Source: a bacterium
GTDB lineage: Bacteria; UBP7; UBA6624
DNA length: 64,000 nucleotides
Assembly: GCA_014384545.1 (NCBI GenBank)
Contig: JACNFQ010000089.1
Location: 5,603 to 69,602 of the forward strand
Direction: 5' to 3'
Below the pieces are notes generated by a model. That model searched no databases and was not told where the DNA came from. It saw only the letters and a list, made by a program, of their open reading frames with translations. Position numbers and translations under genes: made by a program. This document shows, piece after piece, positions 18,839 through 28,792 of the stretch; positions within the stretch are counted from its first letter, which is position 1, and the number at the start of each line of letters is the position of its first letter.

Positions 18839-20044
18839 ATGGTTCGTTCTCCCCTCCTCCTTTCGACTCAGGGGTCAGCCTGGGATGGGTTTGCTCTCAA
18901 GTTAGGTCCTATCTCCATCTTGATAGAAGAGGGGATCATTTCAGAGTTTTTGCACGGATTGGAGGCTGTAGAACTCGTTCAAGAGAACGACTTTGCTCAT
19001 CACTTAGACCTAGGCGACCGCTTTTTGACACCGGGGCTCGTTGATGCCCACACCCACCTCCTTTATGGGGGCGACCGCTCATTTGAAAGGGAGCTGAGAG
19101 AATCGGGTGCCTCTTACTTAGAGATATTGGAAGCAGGTGGAGGAATACACGCCACCGTAAACGCCACCACAGAGACAGATGACGCCACCCTTCTTTCCTT
19201 GGCGGCCCAACGCCTACAGATCATGCGCTCTTGGGGAACGACGACGGTAGAGACAAAAACGGGGTATGGGCTTCTTGCCGAAGAAGAGATGCGTCACCTT
19301 CGCCTTTACCAAGACTTGAAATCTACCAATGCCTCTACGATTGTCCCCACATATCTAGGAGCCCATGCCCTCCCCAAAGGGGAATGTAGGAAAGACCACA
19401 TCCAATCGATACTCCGTACCCTTCATCGCGTTGCAGAAGAATCTCTCTCCACCCGCTTTGACCTCTTCTTGGAACGAGGAGCTTACCGATACCAAGAGGC
19501 AGATACTCTCTTTCGTTTGGCCCGCTCGTTAGGGTTTGATCTGACCCTCCATGCAGGGCAGTTTAGCGACCAAGCCGGGGGTGACCTTGCCCTAAGACAC
19601 CGAGCTGCTTCGCTGGACCATGGGGAGTTTCTGGGATCTCAAGATGGAGAACGGTTCGCAGAAGCGGGCGTGGCAATCGGTCTCCTCCCCACATGTAATC
19701 TCTATCTAGAAACAGGAGTACAGCCCCAAGCCCGAAAACTCATTGATCACGGAGTATCTCTCTTCTTGGGTACCGATCACAACCCTGGTTCGTCCCCGAC
19801 ACTTTCTCTCCTAGAGGTCGCCGCAATCGCCCATTCTCACTTAGAGATGAGCACCCAGGAAATCCTCCTAGCGATGACGTCTGCTCCAGCACGCGTTCTT
19901 GGGCTTCCCACGATAGGCTGTTTGACCCCCGGAGCCCAAGGAGATGTCGCTGTTTGGAACGGAGGGTCGTCCCTCTTCGGGATCTCTCACCAACACTCTC
20001 CTCTAGAGAGTCTCTTCATAGGTGGAGTGCTTTCCACAGACTAG
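18839..20044 (+). CDS. hutI: imidazolonepropionase
   Basis: Amidohydrolase with PGLVDAHTHL and a HutI-specific conserved block (SYLEILEAGGGIHATV). Confidence 0.9.
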   Translation: MVRSPLLLSTQGSAWDGFALKLGPISILIEEGIISEFLHGLEAVELVQENDFAHHLDLGDRFLTPGLVDAHTHLLYGGDRSFERELRESGASYLEILEAGGGIHATVNATTETDDATLLSLAAQRLQIMRSWGTTTVETKTGYGLLAEEEMRHLRLYQDLKSTNASTIVPTYLGAHALPKGECRKDHIQSILRTLHRVAEESLSTRFDLFLERGAYRYQEADTLFRLARSLGFDLTLHAGQFSDQAGGDLALRHRAASLDHGEFLGSQDGERFAEAGVAIGLLPTCNLYLETGVQPQARKLIDHGVSLFLGTDHNPGSSPTLSLLEVAAIAHSHLEMSTQEILLAMTSAPARVLGLPTIGCLTPGAQGDVAVWNGGSSLFGISHQHSPLESLFIGGVLSTD

Positions 20045-20062
20045 GGCTCCTATAATAGAGAC

Positions 20063-21229
20063 GTGAAACGGCTCTCCTTCCCTCTTGCCCTTATCTTTCT
20101 CTCTTGTGGAGGGGGTGGTGGGGGTGGTACACCCGCCAATCCCATTCAGTACAACCTCTCTTCTTCTCAGATCATCATGGATGGCGTAAATGGAGTGGAT
20201 GCCGTTCCCTTTTCTCTTGCTGGGATCGCCCATCTCCTCATTTGTGATGCGACATCGGGTGAACTTCACCATTACTTGCAGGATCCCTTTACAGCCCCTC
20301 CGGGAGATAACACGGTGGACAACCAAGGCTGCTCGGGGCTCTTTGGGGTCTCTGACGAAGCGAATGGAATCTACCACGCTCTCTATGTCCGTGATCCTGG
20401 CACAGGCAAAGAGCTCGTCCATGCTTGGTGGGATGGAAGTAGCTGGGCACTCGCCCCCGTCGGCCCCGTTGGAGCTCTGGGAGGCTCGCCCCATCTCCTT
20501 CTGGGGGGAACGGCGCTCCACCTTGTCTTTCGGAATGGAACGGGGGCTTTTGCTACCCCCACTTATGCAGAGACGCCTCTAGGTGTTGGTCCTTTTGTTT
20601 GGACCACCCCTATCGATATTGGCACCCCAGGAGCCGGGATGGGAGGAACGCCCCAACTTGTTCTTTCTGGAACCAGCCTCTATCTCTTTCACTTTGATGG
20701 AGCGGCCGGTGCCCTTCGTCTACTATCGTGTGCTTCCAGTTGTGATCTCGTTTCGAATTGGACACCCGACCCCTCTCCCCCCCTTATCCCCGATGTTGGG
20801 GCGGCTTTTTCCGTAGATGTCGTACCCAGCACAGGGAATCTTGCCCTCCTATACCGCGACACCATCAATAGCGAAGTCCGGTACCGAGCATGGTCGACTG
20901 CGAATCCATTTACCCCCGGTTCCAACATCGTCCCCGTTTGGTCGGTATCGGGGTTGCTGACACCCCGCCTCCACCTAAAGATTGAACCGGGGGGGAGACG
21001 TCACAACTTGGCATGGATTCAGAATGGGGCAAACCTAGAACTTCGCCACCGTTACGGATTTGGTGCCTTTATTGATGATGGAAATGACCCCTTCTATATC
21101 CAACCTATGGATCCCTCTTTTACGCCTTCACTCCACCCCCTATTTGAGGCAGGAAGCAACCCCATCATGGTCCTTTCATGGGTTACAGGGCCCTCTGTTC
21201 GCTGGGAACGCCGTACCCCTGTCTTCTAG
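20063..21229 (+). CDS. hypothetical lipoprotein, possibly beta-propeller-like
   Basis: Signal peptide with lipobox LSCGGGGGGG. Gly/Trp-rich repeats. No catalytic motif. Confidence 0.5.
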   Translation: MKRLSFPLALIFLSCGGGGGGGTPANPIQYNLSSSQIIMDGVNGVDAVPFSLAGIAHLLICDATSGELHHYLQDPFTAPPGDNTVDNQGCSGLFGVSDEANGIYHALYVRDPGTGKELVHAWWDGSSWALAPVGPVGALGGSPHLLLGGTALHLVFRNGTGAFATPTYAETPLGVGPFVWTTPIDIGTPGAGMGGTPQLVLSGTSLYLFHFDGAAGALRLLSCASSCDLVSNWTPDPSPPLIPDVGAAFSVDVVPSTGNLALLYRDTINSEVRYRAWSTANPFTPGSNIVPVWSVSGLLTPRLHLKIEPGGRRHNLAWIQNGANLELRHRYGFGAFIDDGNDPFYIQPMDPSFTPSLHPLFEAGSNPIMVLSWVTGPSVRWERRTPVF

Positions 21230-23217
21230 CCCTCTTCCGACAAGACGCCACAAAAGACCGTAACGACTTGGGGGTCAAACTGGCTTCCTCCGTTCTCTTG
21301 GAGGATACCGATTGCCTCCTCTTCTGTTCGCTTCTTTCTGTACGGTCTGTCGGTCGTAATCGCATCGAAAGTATCAACCACACTGATGATTCGGGCTCCC
21401 AAAGGAATCTCTTCTCCTTTTAGACCTTGAGGATACCCCCTTCCATCAAACCTCTCGTGATGGTGTGCCACCATCTCCACAATCTCTTTAAGTTCGCTTA
21501 GGTGGTGGAGCGCCTTGACACCAAGGTCGGGATGTTCTTTCATCTTCTCAAACTCCACCTTTGACAACGGTCCTGGCTTGAGAAGAATCTCATCAGAGAT
21601 CCCAATCTTACCTATGTCATGAATGCGGGAAGCTATTCTCAAATCTCTCCTCTCTCTATTTCCCATCCCCAAACGATCCCCCACCTTATCAGCCCAAACG
21701 GCTAATCGTTCCGAATGCCCTTCCGTATACGCATCTCGCATTTCTAACAACTCGCTAATCACATTCAAGGTCGCCACAAATGATCTTTCCAGTTTTTCTC
21801 GCTTCTTCAAGTTTGCCAAGGCGACTGAAAGTTGAGCCACAAACGAGGGTAGTAGCCCCCCCTCTTCTTCTCCCAATCCTCCACTTGGTTCCAGAAAGAC
21901 AAGTGCTCCTAGGAGATTCCCCTCCGAGACCATGGGGCGAGCAACGAGGGGCTCTCCTTCCTTTTCATCCATGAAGAGCCCTCCGCCCGACAAGACATCA
22001 ATTGTGGGTGCACCGATGCCGTTCTTCTCTTCGGACCAAGACACTGATGGTTCCATCTTCTCTTCCCATAGATAGACCCAACCCTCCCTAAACTGAAACT
22101 CCTCCGCAAGGTGCCCCAATGCCGCACGAAAGAGAGCCTCTTGACTGTTGAACTGAGAAAGGGCTTCCGCAAAAGCCGTAGCTCTCCCCAACCTCTTCCC
22201 CCTCCCCTCCGCTGATCGTACCGAACGCGTACGATCCACCGCTGTGCCCAAGGGTAGTGCCAATAACCTCAAAAAGGCTTCTGTGGACGGATTATAGAAA
22301 TCTCCCTCTTGCGCGATTCTTAGCAATCCCACAGGCTCTTTTCCTGTCCACAACCCCAGCGCTATCTCCTTTACCTCTTCCCCCGTCACCACGAGTGCCT
22401 CCTCCACGGGGGGTAACTCCATAATCTCTGTCGATAGTTTTCCCTCTTTCCGAACCAACCGCATCTCCTCTTTTTCGCAGAGAAAGAGTGCAGCCCCCTT
22501 TATCCCCTCTAATGTTTCCGTCAAGATATCCAAGAAGCCCCTAGCCAGTTCATCCACCTTGACCGAGGCATTCAGTTGGCGCAAGATTCGTGCTTGGAGA
22601 ATCTCTCTCTCCTCAAGGGCCTTTCTCTCTGTCAGGTCTCGGAGAATGAGCGAGTGGAATGTTCCATCAGCAAGAGGAAATGCACTCAGGGTAGCTTCCA
22701 GCTCTAGCCTCTTGCCTCCTTCTGTCTTTCCCTCAACCAGAGCACGGGTAATCTCCTCCCTAACACCCACACGACGGAACCACCGGGACGCCCCCTCATC
22801 AAAGAGCTCCTCAATGACCTCACCCATGACACCCTCAAGAAGAACTTCAAAGAGGCTCTCTGCCGCCTTGTTCATATACCTAATCTCCCAACTCGGATTC
22901 GTTACAACGATCGCATCCCCCGTGTGGTCCAAGAGGCTCTTCATCCTCTGTCTTGACCGCCTGAGTTCCCCCTCTTTTACAACACTCACTACCAAGAGGG
23001 TCGTCAAGACACCCGCCAAGATTGGTATCAAGAGAAGATGGAGTGTTTCCCACGGAAAGTTACTCCTGTCCCCCCCAAGGTAGCCTGCGATCGTCTCTCC
23101 GTGCTCCTCTAACAGAAGTTGGAGAGAGAATACGAAGACAAGAACACCTAGACCAGGAATCAACCAAGAGATAAAGGGGCGAAAGACCCTTTCCAGATTG
23201 GCTTCCTCAGGCATCAA
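21226..23217 (-). CDS. membrane-anchored PAS/GAF-containing HD-GYP phosphodiesterase
   Basis: C-terminal HD-GYP signature (HDIGKIGISD..HHERFDGRGYP). Upstream PAS-like and GAF-like regions. Two N-terminal TMs. Confidence 0.85.
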   Translation of the reverse strand: MMPEEANLERVFRPFISWLIPGLGVLVFVFSLQLLLEEHGETIAGYLGGDRSNFPWETLHLLLIPILAGVLTTLLVVSVVKEGELRRSRQRMKSLLDHTGDAIVVTNPSWEIRYMNKAAESLFEVLLEGVMGEVIEELFDEGASRWFRRVGVREEITRALVEGKTEGGKRLELEATLSAFPLADGTFHSLILRDLTERKALEEREILQARILRQLNASVKVDELARGFLDILTETLEGIKGAALFLCEKEEMRLVRKEGKLSTEIMELPPVEEALVVTGEEVKEIALGLWTGKEPVGLLRIAQEGDFYNPSTEAFLRLLALPLGTAVDRTRSVRSAEGRGKRLGRATAFAEALSQFNSQEALFRAALGHLAEEFQFREGWVYLWEEKMEPSVSWSEEKNGIGAPTIDVLSGGGLFMDEKEGEPLVARPMVSEGNLLGALVFLEPSGGLGEEEGGLLPSFVAQLSVALANLKKREKLERSFVATLNVISELLEMRDAYTEGHSERLAVWADKVGDRLGMGNRERRDLRIASRIHDIGKIGISDEILLKPGPLSKVEFEKMKEHPDLGVKALHHLSELKEIVEMVAHHHERFDGRGYPQGLKGEEIPLGARIISVVDTFDAITTDRPYRKKRTEEEAIGILQENGGSQFDPQVVTVFCGVLSEEG

Positions 23218-23301
23218 CCCGATTCTATTCTCAATATGCTCTTCTCGTGGAAACTACCCCGACCCTAACGAGGTATAGGATGGGGTTATCTCATTAGCCC
23301 C

Positions 23302-23874
23302 TTGGAAAATGAATCTTGTGATGATAATGAACTTATGGCCCGTCTCCAAGAGGGTCAAACGGACGCTCTTGACGTGCTCGTGGCACGCCACCAGAGCAGT
23401 GTCTATAACTTCCTTTTTCGATTCCTTCGGGATCCCTCTACAGCGGAATCTGCAACGGCGGAGGCTTTCTTTCGTGTTTGGAAGTTTGCCCCTAGTTTTC
23501 GCCCCTATCACGCGGGGAGTTTTCGGGCTTGGATCTTTACAATTGCGCGAAACCAAGCGATGTCCCTCCTCAAAAAACAACAGAAGCGCCCTGCCTCGGT
23601 ACAGAGTATTTTCGTTTCCGACGATCTTCCTCAACCCGAACCCGAAGACCGGAGTGAACCCTCTCCAGAAAAAGCTGCCTTTGCTACGCTCAAGAGTGAA
23701 GTCTTGGGCGAAGAGATTTCGCGCCTACCACTCCGGCTTCGAGAAGCTCTTCTGTTGGGGATTCAACCCCAATTGGGCTATGAAGATATCGCTAAAATCC
23801 TTGGTTGCACCGTTTCGGCTGTCAAGGCGAGAATCCACAAAGCTCGTGTTCGGTTGCGGAACGCTATCAAGTGA
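23302..23874 (+). CDS. ECF (group IV) RNA polymerase sigma factor
   Basis: Sigma-70 region 2 (FFRVWKF..FRAWIFTIARNQA) and region 4 HTH (LGYEDIAKILGCTVSAVKARIHKAR). Confidence 0.85.
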   Translation: MENESCDDNELMARLQEGQTDALDVLVARHQSSVYNFLFRFLRDPSTAESATAEAFFRVWKFAPSFRPYHAGSFRAWIFTIARNQAMSLLKKQQKRPASVQSIFVSDDLPQPEPEDRSEPSPEKAAFATLKSEVLGEEISRLPLRLREALLLGIQPQLGYEDIAKILGCTVSAVKARIHKARVRLRNAIK

Positions 23875-24296
23875 GTAACCTTGATCAATACCTTCAACGC
23901 CTCGAAAAGGCGCTGGTCCCCGTTCAGCCACCTGAGGGGATTCTGGATCGGGTCCATTCTTTGATTCAAGAGGCTCCCCTTGTATCCGACCTTCCTGAGT
24001 TGCCCGTCGTTGACCTGCCTGCCCCTCGTCTTGCAGATGAGATTCGGCGACGTATCCAGAAAACAGAGGGTGTATGGCGTCTTCAAAAGTATATGGGAAC
24101 CTCAGCCGCTGTCGCTGCAACCCTCTTTCTTGCCGTTTCGTGGATGGGATGGGGTTATGTCAGGGACTCGTTCCAATCAGTTGCTGATCTTGGCAATCAG
24201 TCTGTCCGTATTGAGCGGTCACTCTCTACGGGAATCTCGGGGGCTCCCAGTACCCTGTTGGGAATCCTAGAAGACGACCCCTTTATGAACGGATGA
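23871..24296 (+). CDS. putative single-pass anti-sigma factor
   Basis: A GTG start at 23871 overlaps the sigma-factor TGA (GTGA). Single TM segment AAVAATLFLAVSWMGWG. Position is typical for an ECF anti-sigma. Confidence 0.5.
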   Translation: MSNLDQYLQRLEKALVPVQPPEGILDRVHSLIQEAPLVSDLPELPVVDLPAPRLADEIRRRIQKTEGVWRLQKYMGTSAAVAATLFLAVSWMGWGYVRDSFQSVADLGNQSVRIERSLSTGISGAPSTLLGILEDDPFMNG

Positions 24297-25282
24297 CTTC
24301 CCTCCCAAAGACCCCCTTTTTCCTAGCCACACCTCTTTTCTTCCTCCTTCTCTATGCTGGTACTTCCCCTTCTCTAGAAACTCTCTCTTTCCATGGAGAG
24401 GTTCTTCTTACTTTCCAGGGCGAAGCTCAACCCCCTATTCCCTTTGCTGTCGCAGAAGAGTCCGTCCGATTGGACCTTGGTGATTATTCCTATTATCTCT
24501 TCCAGCAAGGGGGGGTTCACCATGTTTTTCCCGACCACAAGTTCTTCCTTCTTCTACCCCAGACTGATGTTTTGTTGGAGAACCAAGTCCGCCTAACACG
24601 CCTCCTCTCTCCTGGTGCCTTTTGGGAAAGTGCGCATGGACGATCTGTCCTTTCTGGGGCAGAGGAGATCGTTCAAGACGGGCAAACTCTTCTTCTTGTC
24701 ACTTCCCTTGATTCCCTTTGGGAGGAGAAGGGGGTCAGAATGACTTATTGGTTAGACCCCCAAAGACGCATCCCTGTTCGTCGAATTGTAGAGCGAAAAG
24801 TCAACCCATTACCAGATATTCTCCAGGTCAATCTCGCAGAAACGCCCCCCGACGAATCGGTCTTTGAGATTCCTGATGACTACACACCCCTCCATGTAGA
24901 AAACCTCCTCCCAAGCGAAGAGTTACCCTCTTGGGTCCTAACCCACCCCTCAAACCTCTCTCTCCAATCTGTAAGACGCCTTTTCATCTCCACCACTTCA
25001 TCCCCGCCATCCCCCCTTGCTTGGGTCCTCTATTATCAGGGCAAAGAGCCCGGGCGTTTCGTAGGTGTCGTGTGGTTGAGAACAGGGGATCATCCCTTTG
25101 CCCCCCTCCTAAAGGTGCTCTCTAAACCGTTCGTTCAAGAAAGTGGTCTCTCCGCACGACCCTATTCTTCTGAGGGGTGGGAGGGACGGATCATTACAAA
25201 CCTCCCCTTTCCCTCTGTTTTTTCTTGGCTACTCCCACCACAGCCATCACAGCCTGATGGATTGGAGGGAGATAATCCTTAG
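24293..25282 (+). CDS. secreted hypothetical protein, possibly a LolA/RseB-like partner of the anti-sigma factor
   Basis: N-terminal signal peptide. Its start overlaps the anti-sigma stop. No catalytic motifs. Confidence 0.4.
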   Translation: MTSLPKTPFFLATPLFFLLLYAGTSPSLETLSFHGEVLLTFQGEAQPPIPFAVAEESVRLDLGDYSYYLFQQGGVHHVFPDHKFFLLLPQTDVLLENQVRLTRLLSPGAFWESAHGRSVLSGAEEIVQDGQTLLLVTSLDSLWEEKGVRMTYWLDPQRRIPVRRIVERKVNPLPDILQVNLAETPPDESVFEIPDDYTPLHVENLLPSEELPSWVLTHPSNLSLQSVRRLFISTTSSPPSPLAWVLYYQGKEPGRFVGVVWLRTGDHPFAPLLKVLSKPFVQESGLSARPYSSEGWEGRIITNLPFPSVFSWLLPPQPSQPDGLEGDNP

Positions 25283-26304
25283 TTGGAGATTTCTACCACG
25301 GGGGCACCGATCTTGATGCGCCCCTGACCGTCCCAAGAGACGATTTCAACGAAAGCGTCCGTCCCCAACCTTTGAAGTGCTAATACAATCCACGCCCCTT
25401 CCGTCCGAACATCTGTTACCTCAAGGTGATTGTCTCCCTGCGGTTCTCTTCTCCACTCCCCATTTTCTTGTCGGAGAACGACCCGCCGCTTTCCTTCCTC
25501 TAGGACGACACCGCCAGGAAGAGAGTCGGGCCCCAAAACGAGGCGGCCCGACCATGCCATTTCTTCATGGGGCGAAACCTCTTGACACCCCTCACTTCCC
25601 CCTATACCTTGACATAGCAACCAAGCCTGTCCTCTCCTAAAGAGAAGAGCTCCCCCCCTTATAGTAAGTCCCTCTTCTACACCCTCCCCATCAAGTATCT
25701 TTGTCGCCGTTCCACCCCTGCTTGGTACTGAAGCAAGTCCTATCTCTTTCCCCTTGCGGAACTGGTGAAGCACGAATGATTCTCCCCCTTCACCCTCCCA
25801 CAACAACGGTTGCCAACGCCAAGCGTCATCCGACAGCAAGATGTTCCGTTCGCTTCCATTCACACCTTTCCTAAGAAGAGCATACCCAGCGCCCTCTCTA
25901 ACTCTGTAGATAAGAGCATCGCCTTCAAGAGAAAAGAGTGCATCGCCTTCGGGGCTTTTGTCGTTCGTCAAATGGGATGGTGGGGTGTGCTCGTTCCAAA
26001 GGTAAAGGTCTCGTTGTCTCGTCATTGTCGCTGCAACAGCGACGGTACCTCCATCTGGAGAAAACGCCACAGACTGAACCTCTTTCCATCCCTCGTACCT
26101 AGCGATCTCTTCCACACCATCCTCTAGAACGGTATAGAGTATCGTTAGTGCGGGTGCAGGCGTTTTCCGTGGCCCTCCTCCCCAAACAACGACGAGCCGT
26201 TCCCCGTTGGGAGAAAATGCGATAGTTTCAACCATCCATGGAGTTGCGGGGCGATAACACCCAGCTAAGGCAAGGAGCGCTAAAAGAGGAAATACCTTTT
26301 TCAA
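25279..26304 (-). CDS. TolB-like WD40/beta-propeller lipoprotein
   Basis: Lipobox LAGC. Repeated FSPDG/FSPNG beta-propeller blades. Confidence 0.55.
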   Translation of the reverse strand: MKKVFPLLALLALAGCYRPATPWMVETIAFSPNGERLVVVWGGGPRKTPAPALTILYTVLEDGVEEIARYEGWKEVQSVAFSPDGGTVAVAATMTRQRDLYLWNEHTPPSHLTNDKSPEGDALFSLEGDALIYRVREGAGYALLRKGVNGSERNILLSDDAWRWQPLLWEGEGGESFVLHQFRKGKEIGLASVPSRGGTATKILDGEGVEEGLTIRGGALLFRRGQAWLLCQGIGGSEGCQEVSPHEEMAWSGRLVLGPDSLPGGVVLEEGKRRVVLRQENGEWRREPQGDNHLEVTDVRTEGAWIVLALQRLGTDAFVEIVSWDGQGRIKIGAPVVEISN

Positions 26305-26330
26305 GGGGTCGTTATCGTATCACTCATTCC

Positions 26331-28742
26331 TTATTCTTCAAGGAGTCTGTTCACAAAGCGCCTTGCTCTTCCTTGAGCTCCGCGAATAAGGAGGACACTT
26401 CCCGCAAATCGCCGCGAAAGATTCTCAACCAATCCGCCCATTCTCGCTTTTTCCCACACCCGACTTTCAGCGGCACCCAAGATAAGCATGTCGTGCCCCT
26501 TAGCGCCCCCTAGAAGCCCCTCAACGACCCGTGGCCCTGCAATTACAGTCTTGCCCACCTCCACGTCTGGAGCACTCACTCCAATGAGCTCTTCCGCTTT
26601 ATCGAGACGCGATTGGCAGTCCTCCAGCTCCGATTCAGAGCGGGATACGCATCCCAAGGTAAGAGAGGCCTGGGACCCTTTAGCTAAGTCAGTGGCAATC
26701 TCCAAGACAGCCCTCGTGTTGGGACCGCCACCGACCGCTACAAAGATCTTTTTCCATGGCCCCTCGCCCCGAGCCTTGAGTACCGCTACTCGGGCTGTTG
26801 CCTTGCCCAATACCCCATCCAATGTGTCGCCCAAAAAGAACCCCTTCTTTTTCCGCCCCCCCCTCCAGCCCATCAAGATAAGGTCCGATGACGACGATAT
26901 CGCTGTTTCGGCAATCGCTGTCTCTGCTTGGTGCCCCACAACGAGTGTGGAGTTTACTCTTGCGCCCAACTCTTCAAGGACCCCCTTAGTCTCTTCTACA
27001 CATCTAGAAGCAGCCCCTAAATCTGAATAACCTACTGCAGTTAGGGGTGTCGTTTCTGGAATCACCGCTACTGAAACCGCATGGACATCCCCTTGGCGGG
27101 CTTTCGCTAATGCACTTGCTACGCGACAAAGGGGAAGAATCGTCTTTTGATAACCTGATGCCAATAGAACCCTCCAGACCTCTTTGGCATGGAAAGCCGT
27201 TTCGGAAACGACTCTTGTCTGTTCCATCGGTTGGAGTTTCCTAAATGGCCCCGCATAAAGAAGGAGCCCCAACACCATCCACCCCCCTGTTACCGCCCAT
27301 GCAATCGCTCCGGGAGAGCCATGCCCTCCCCCATGGGAAGCTAGAGGGTGTTCGGGCAAGAAGAAAACCCCAGCAGCAATCGTCAATTGGAGAACGATAG
27401 CAATCCCGGGAACCCAAGGGACCCCTGGAAGTTTATAGGCACGAGGTACATCCGGACGGGTCTTTCTAAGACGAATCAGAGCAGCATTTACCATCGTAAA
27501 CAGAAGAAGGAACATCACAGCAGCAGCAGCCGAGACAGCTGCAAGAGGAATGGCTACTGCCATAAAAACGGTCGCAATAACCGTCACGATAATGCCCATT
27601 GCGGGCGTCTTTTTCTTGGGATGGATTCTTCCTAAGAAATGGGGAACAAGCCCTTGTCGCCCCATCGCGAAAGCGACCCTACTAGAAGAAAAGATCGTTC
27701 CGTTTAGAGCAGACAATGTCGATGTAAGACCTGCCAAAATGACCAAGAACATTCCTACTGAATAAGCTGTGCCTGGAAACTTAACGGGCAACATGAACTG
27801 ATCTGCTGCCTCCACCACAACGCATTCCCCCAAAAAAACCATCAAATTTGCGTTCGTATCTAGAACTTCTGAATGAACAGCAAGCGCTTCGCCATAATCC
27901 TTGATTTGGCTCCCATCTAGGGCGCCCATCGTTGCTCCTCCCACCAAGAGGTAGACGGGGAGAACGACCAAGATGGAGATGAATATCGCTTTGGGTATGT
28001 TCTTTTCGGGGTTCTTCGTCTCCTCTCCTGCTTGGACGATGACCTCATATCCTTCAAAAGCCATGTAGGTGATACCCATCGCTAAGAGGATGAGGATAGG
28101 GGCAGAGAATCCTCCACTCTCCACAAAAAAGGGCGTATAGTTCGCAGCCAAATCGGGTTGGGAAAGGACTTTAACAAAGCCAAAACCCGCAAATAGAAGG
28201 AGGATTGCAACCTTCGTTGTACTCATAATAGAGCCCAATTTGCCCGTTTCCGAAACGCCCCCAAAATTGACCCAACCCAAAACAACGGCAATGACGACAG
28301 CACCTATCCGAATCCAGAATGGATATGCCCCCTTCATTCCTTCTACAGAAACGATGCCAAAGAAGTTGAGGAACTCAAGAAAATAGACACCAAAACCGAG
28401 AGCATATACCGAGCAGGCTACCGTGTGGCTAAACCAACCCAACCACCCCGTCAAGAAAGAGAAGACCTTGTGGAATCCTTGTGCCACCCATGTAAATGCG
28501 CCCCCTGCTTCAGGAAACGAAGAGCCCAACTCGGCATAAGCCCCCGCCGTCAACATCGCCACCACACCATTGAGTGTAAACGCCAGCAAGAAAGCCGGAC
28601 CGGCAAGCCCTGCAGCACGACCCGTTAGCACAAAAATACCTGCACCAATCATGGCGGCGACACCAATCATGGTGACGTCATATAGCCCCAAGGTTCGGGC
28701 AAGATGTGTCGTTGGTCCGCCGGCTCTCTTCTCTTGTGCCAT
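26331..28742 (-). CDS. APC-family amino-acid permease fused to two C-terminal UspA domains
   Basis: The N-terminal roughly 480 aa is a 12-TM amino-acid permease (GAGIFVLTG, FPEAGGAFTW). The C-terminal roughly 300 aa carries two Usp-like alpha/beta repeats (ILMGWRGG, MLILGAAES). Confidence 0.8.
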   Translation of the reverse strand: MAQEKRAGGPTTHLARTLGLYDVTMIGVAAMIGAGIFVLTGRAAGLAGPAFLLAFTLNGVVAMLTAGAYAELGSSFPEAGGAFTWVAQGFHKVFSFLTGWLGWFSHTVACSVYALGFGVYFLEFLNFFGIVSVEGMKGAYPFWIRIGAVVIAVVLGWVNFGGVSETGKLGSIMSTTKVAILLLFAGFGFVKVLSQPDLAANYTPFFVESGGFSAPILILLAMGITYMAFEGYEVIVQAGEETKNPEKNIPKAIFISILVVLPVYLLVGGATMGALDGSQIKDYGEALAVHSEVLDTNANLMVFLGECVVVEAADQFMLPVKFPGTAYSVGMFLVILAGLTSTLSALNGTIFSSSRVAFAMGRQGLVPHFLGRIHPKKKTPAMGIIVTVIATVFMAVAIPLAAVSAAAAVMFLLLFTMVNAALIRLRKTRPDVPRAYKLPGVPWVPGIAIVLQLTIAAGVFFLPEHPLASHGGGHGSPGAIAWAVTGGWMVLGLLLYAGPFRKLQPMEQTRVVSETAFHAKEVWRVLLASGYQKTILPLCRVASALAKARQGDVHAVSVAVIPETTPLTAVGYSDLGAASRCVEETKGVLEELGARVNSTLVVGHQAETAIAETAISSSSDLILMGWRGGRKKKGFFLGDTLDGVLGKATARVAVLKARGEGPWKKIFVAVGGGPNTRAVLEIATDLAKGSQASLTLGCVSRSESELEDCQSRLDKAEELIGVSAPDVEVGKTVIAGPRVVEGLLGGAKGHDMLILGAAESRVWEKARMGGLVENLSRRFAGSVLLIRGAQGRARRFVNRLLEE

Positions 28743-28792
28743 AAGGGGTATCCTACCCCTGTGCCCTTTGCTCTGTTATCTAGAATGGGGGG

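Noticed and set aside
23805-23874. The anti-sigma ORF starting at 23805 and overlapping the sigma gene by 70 nt
   Set aside because: An in-frame GTG at 23871 gives the classic 4-nt GTGA overlap. The long overlap is an artefact of choosing the most upstream start.
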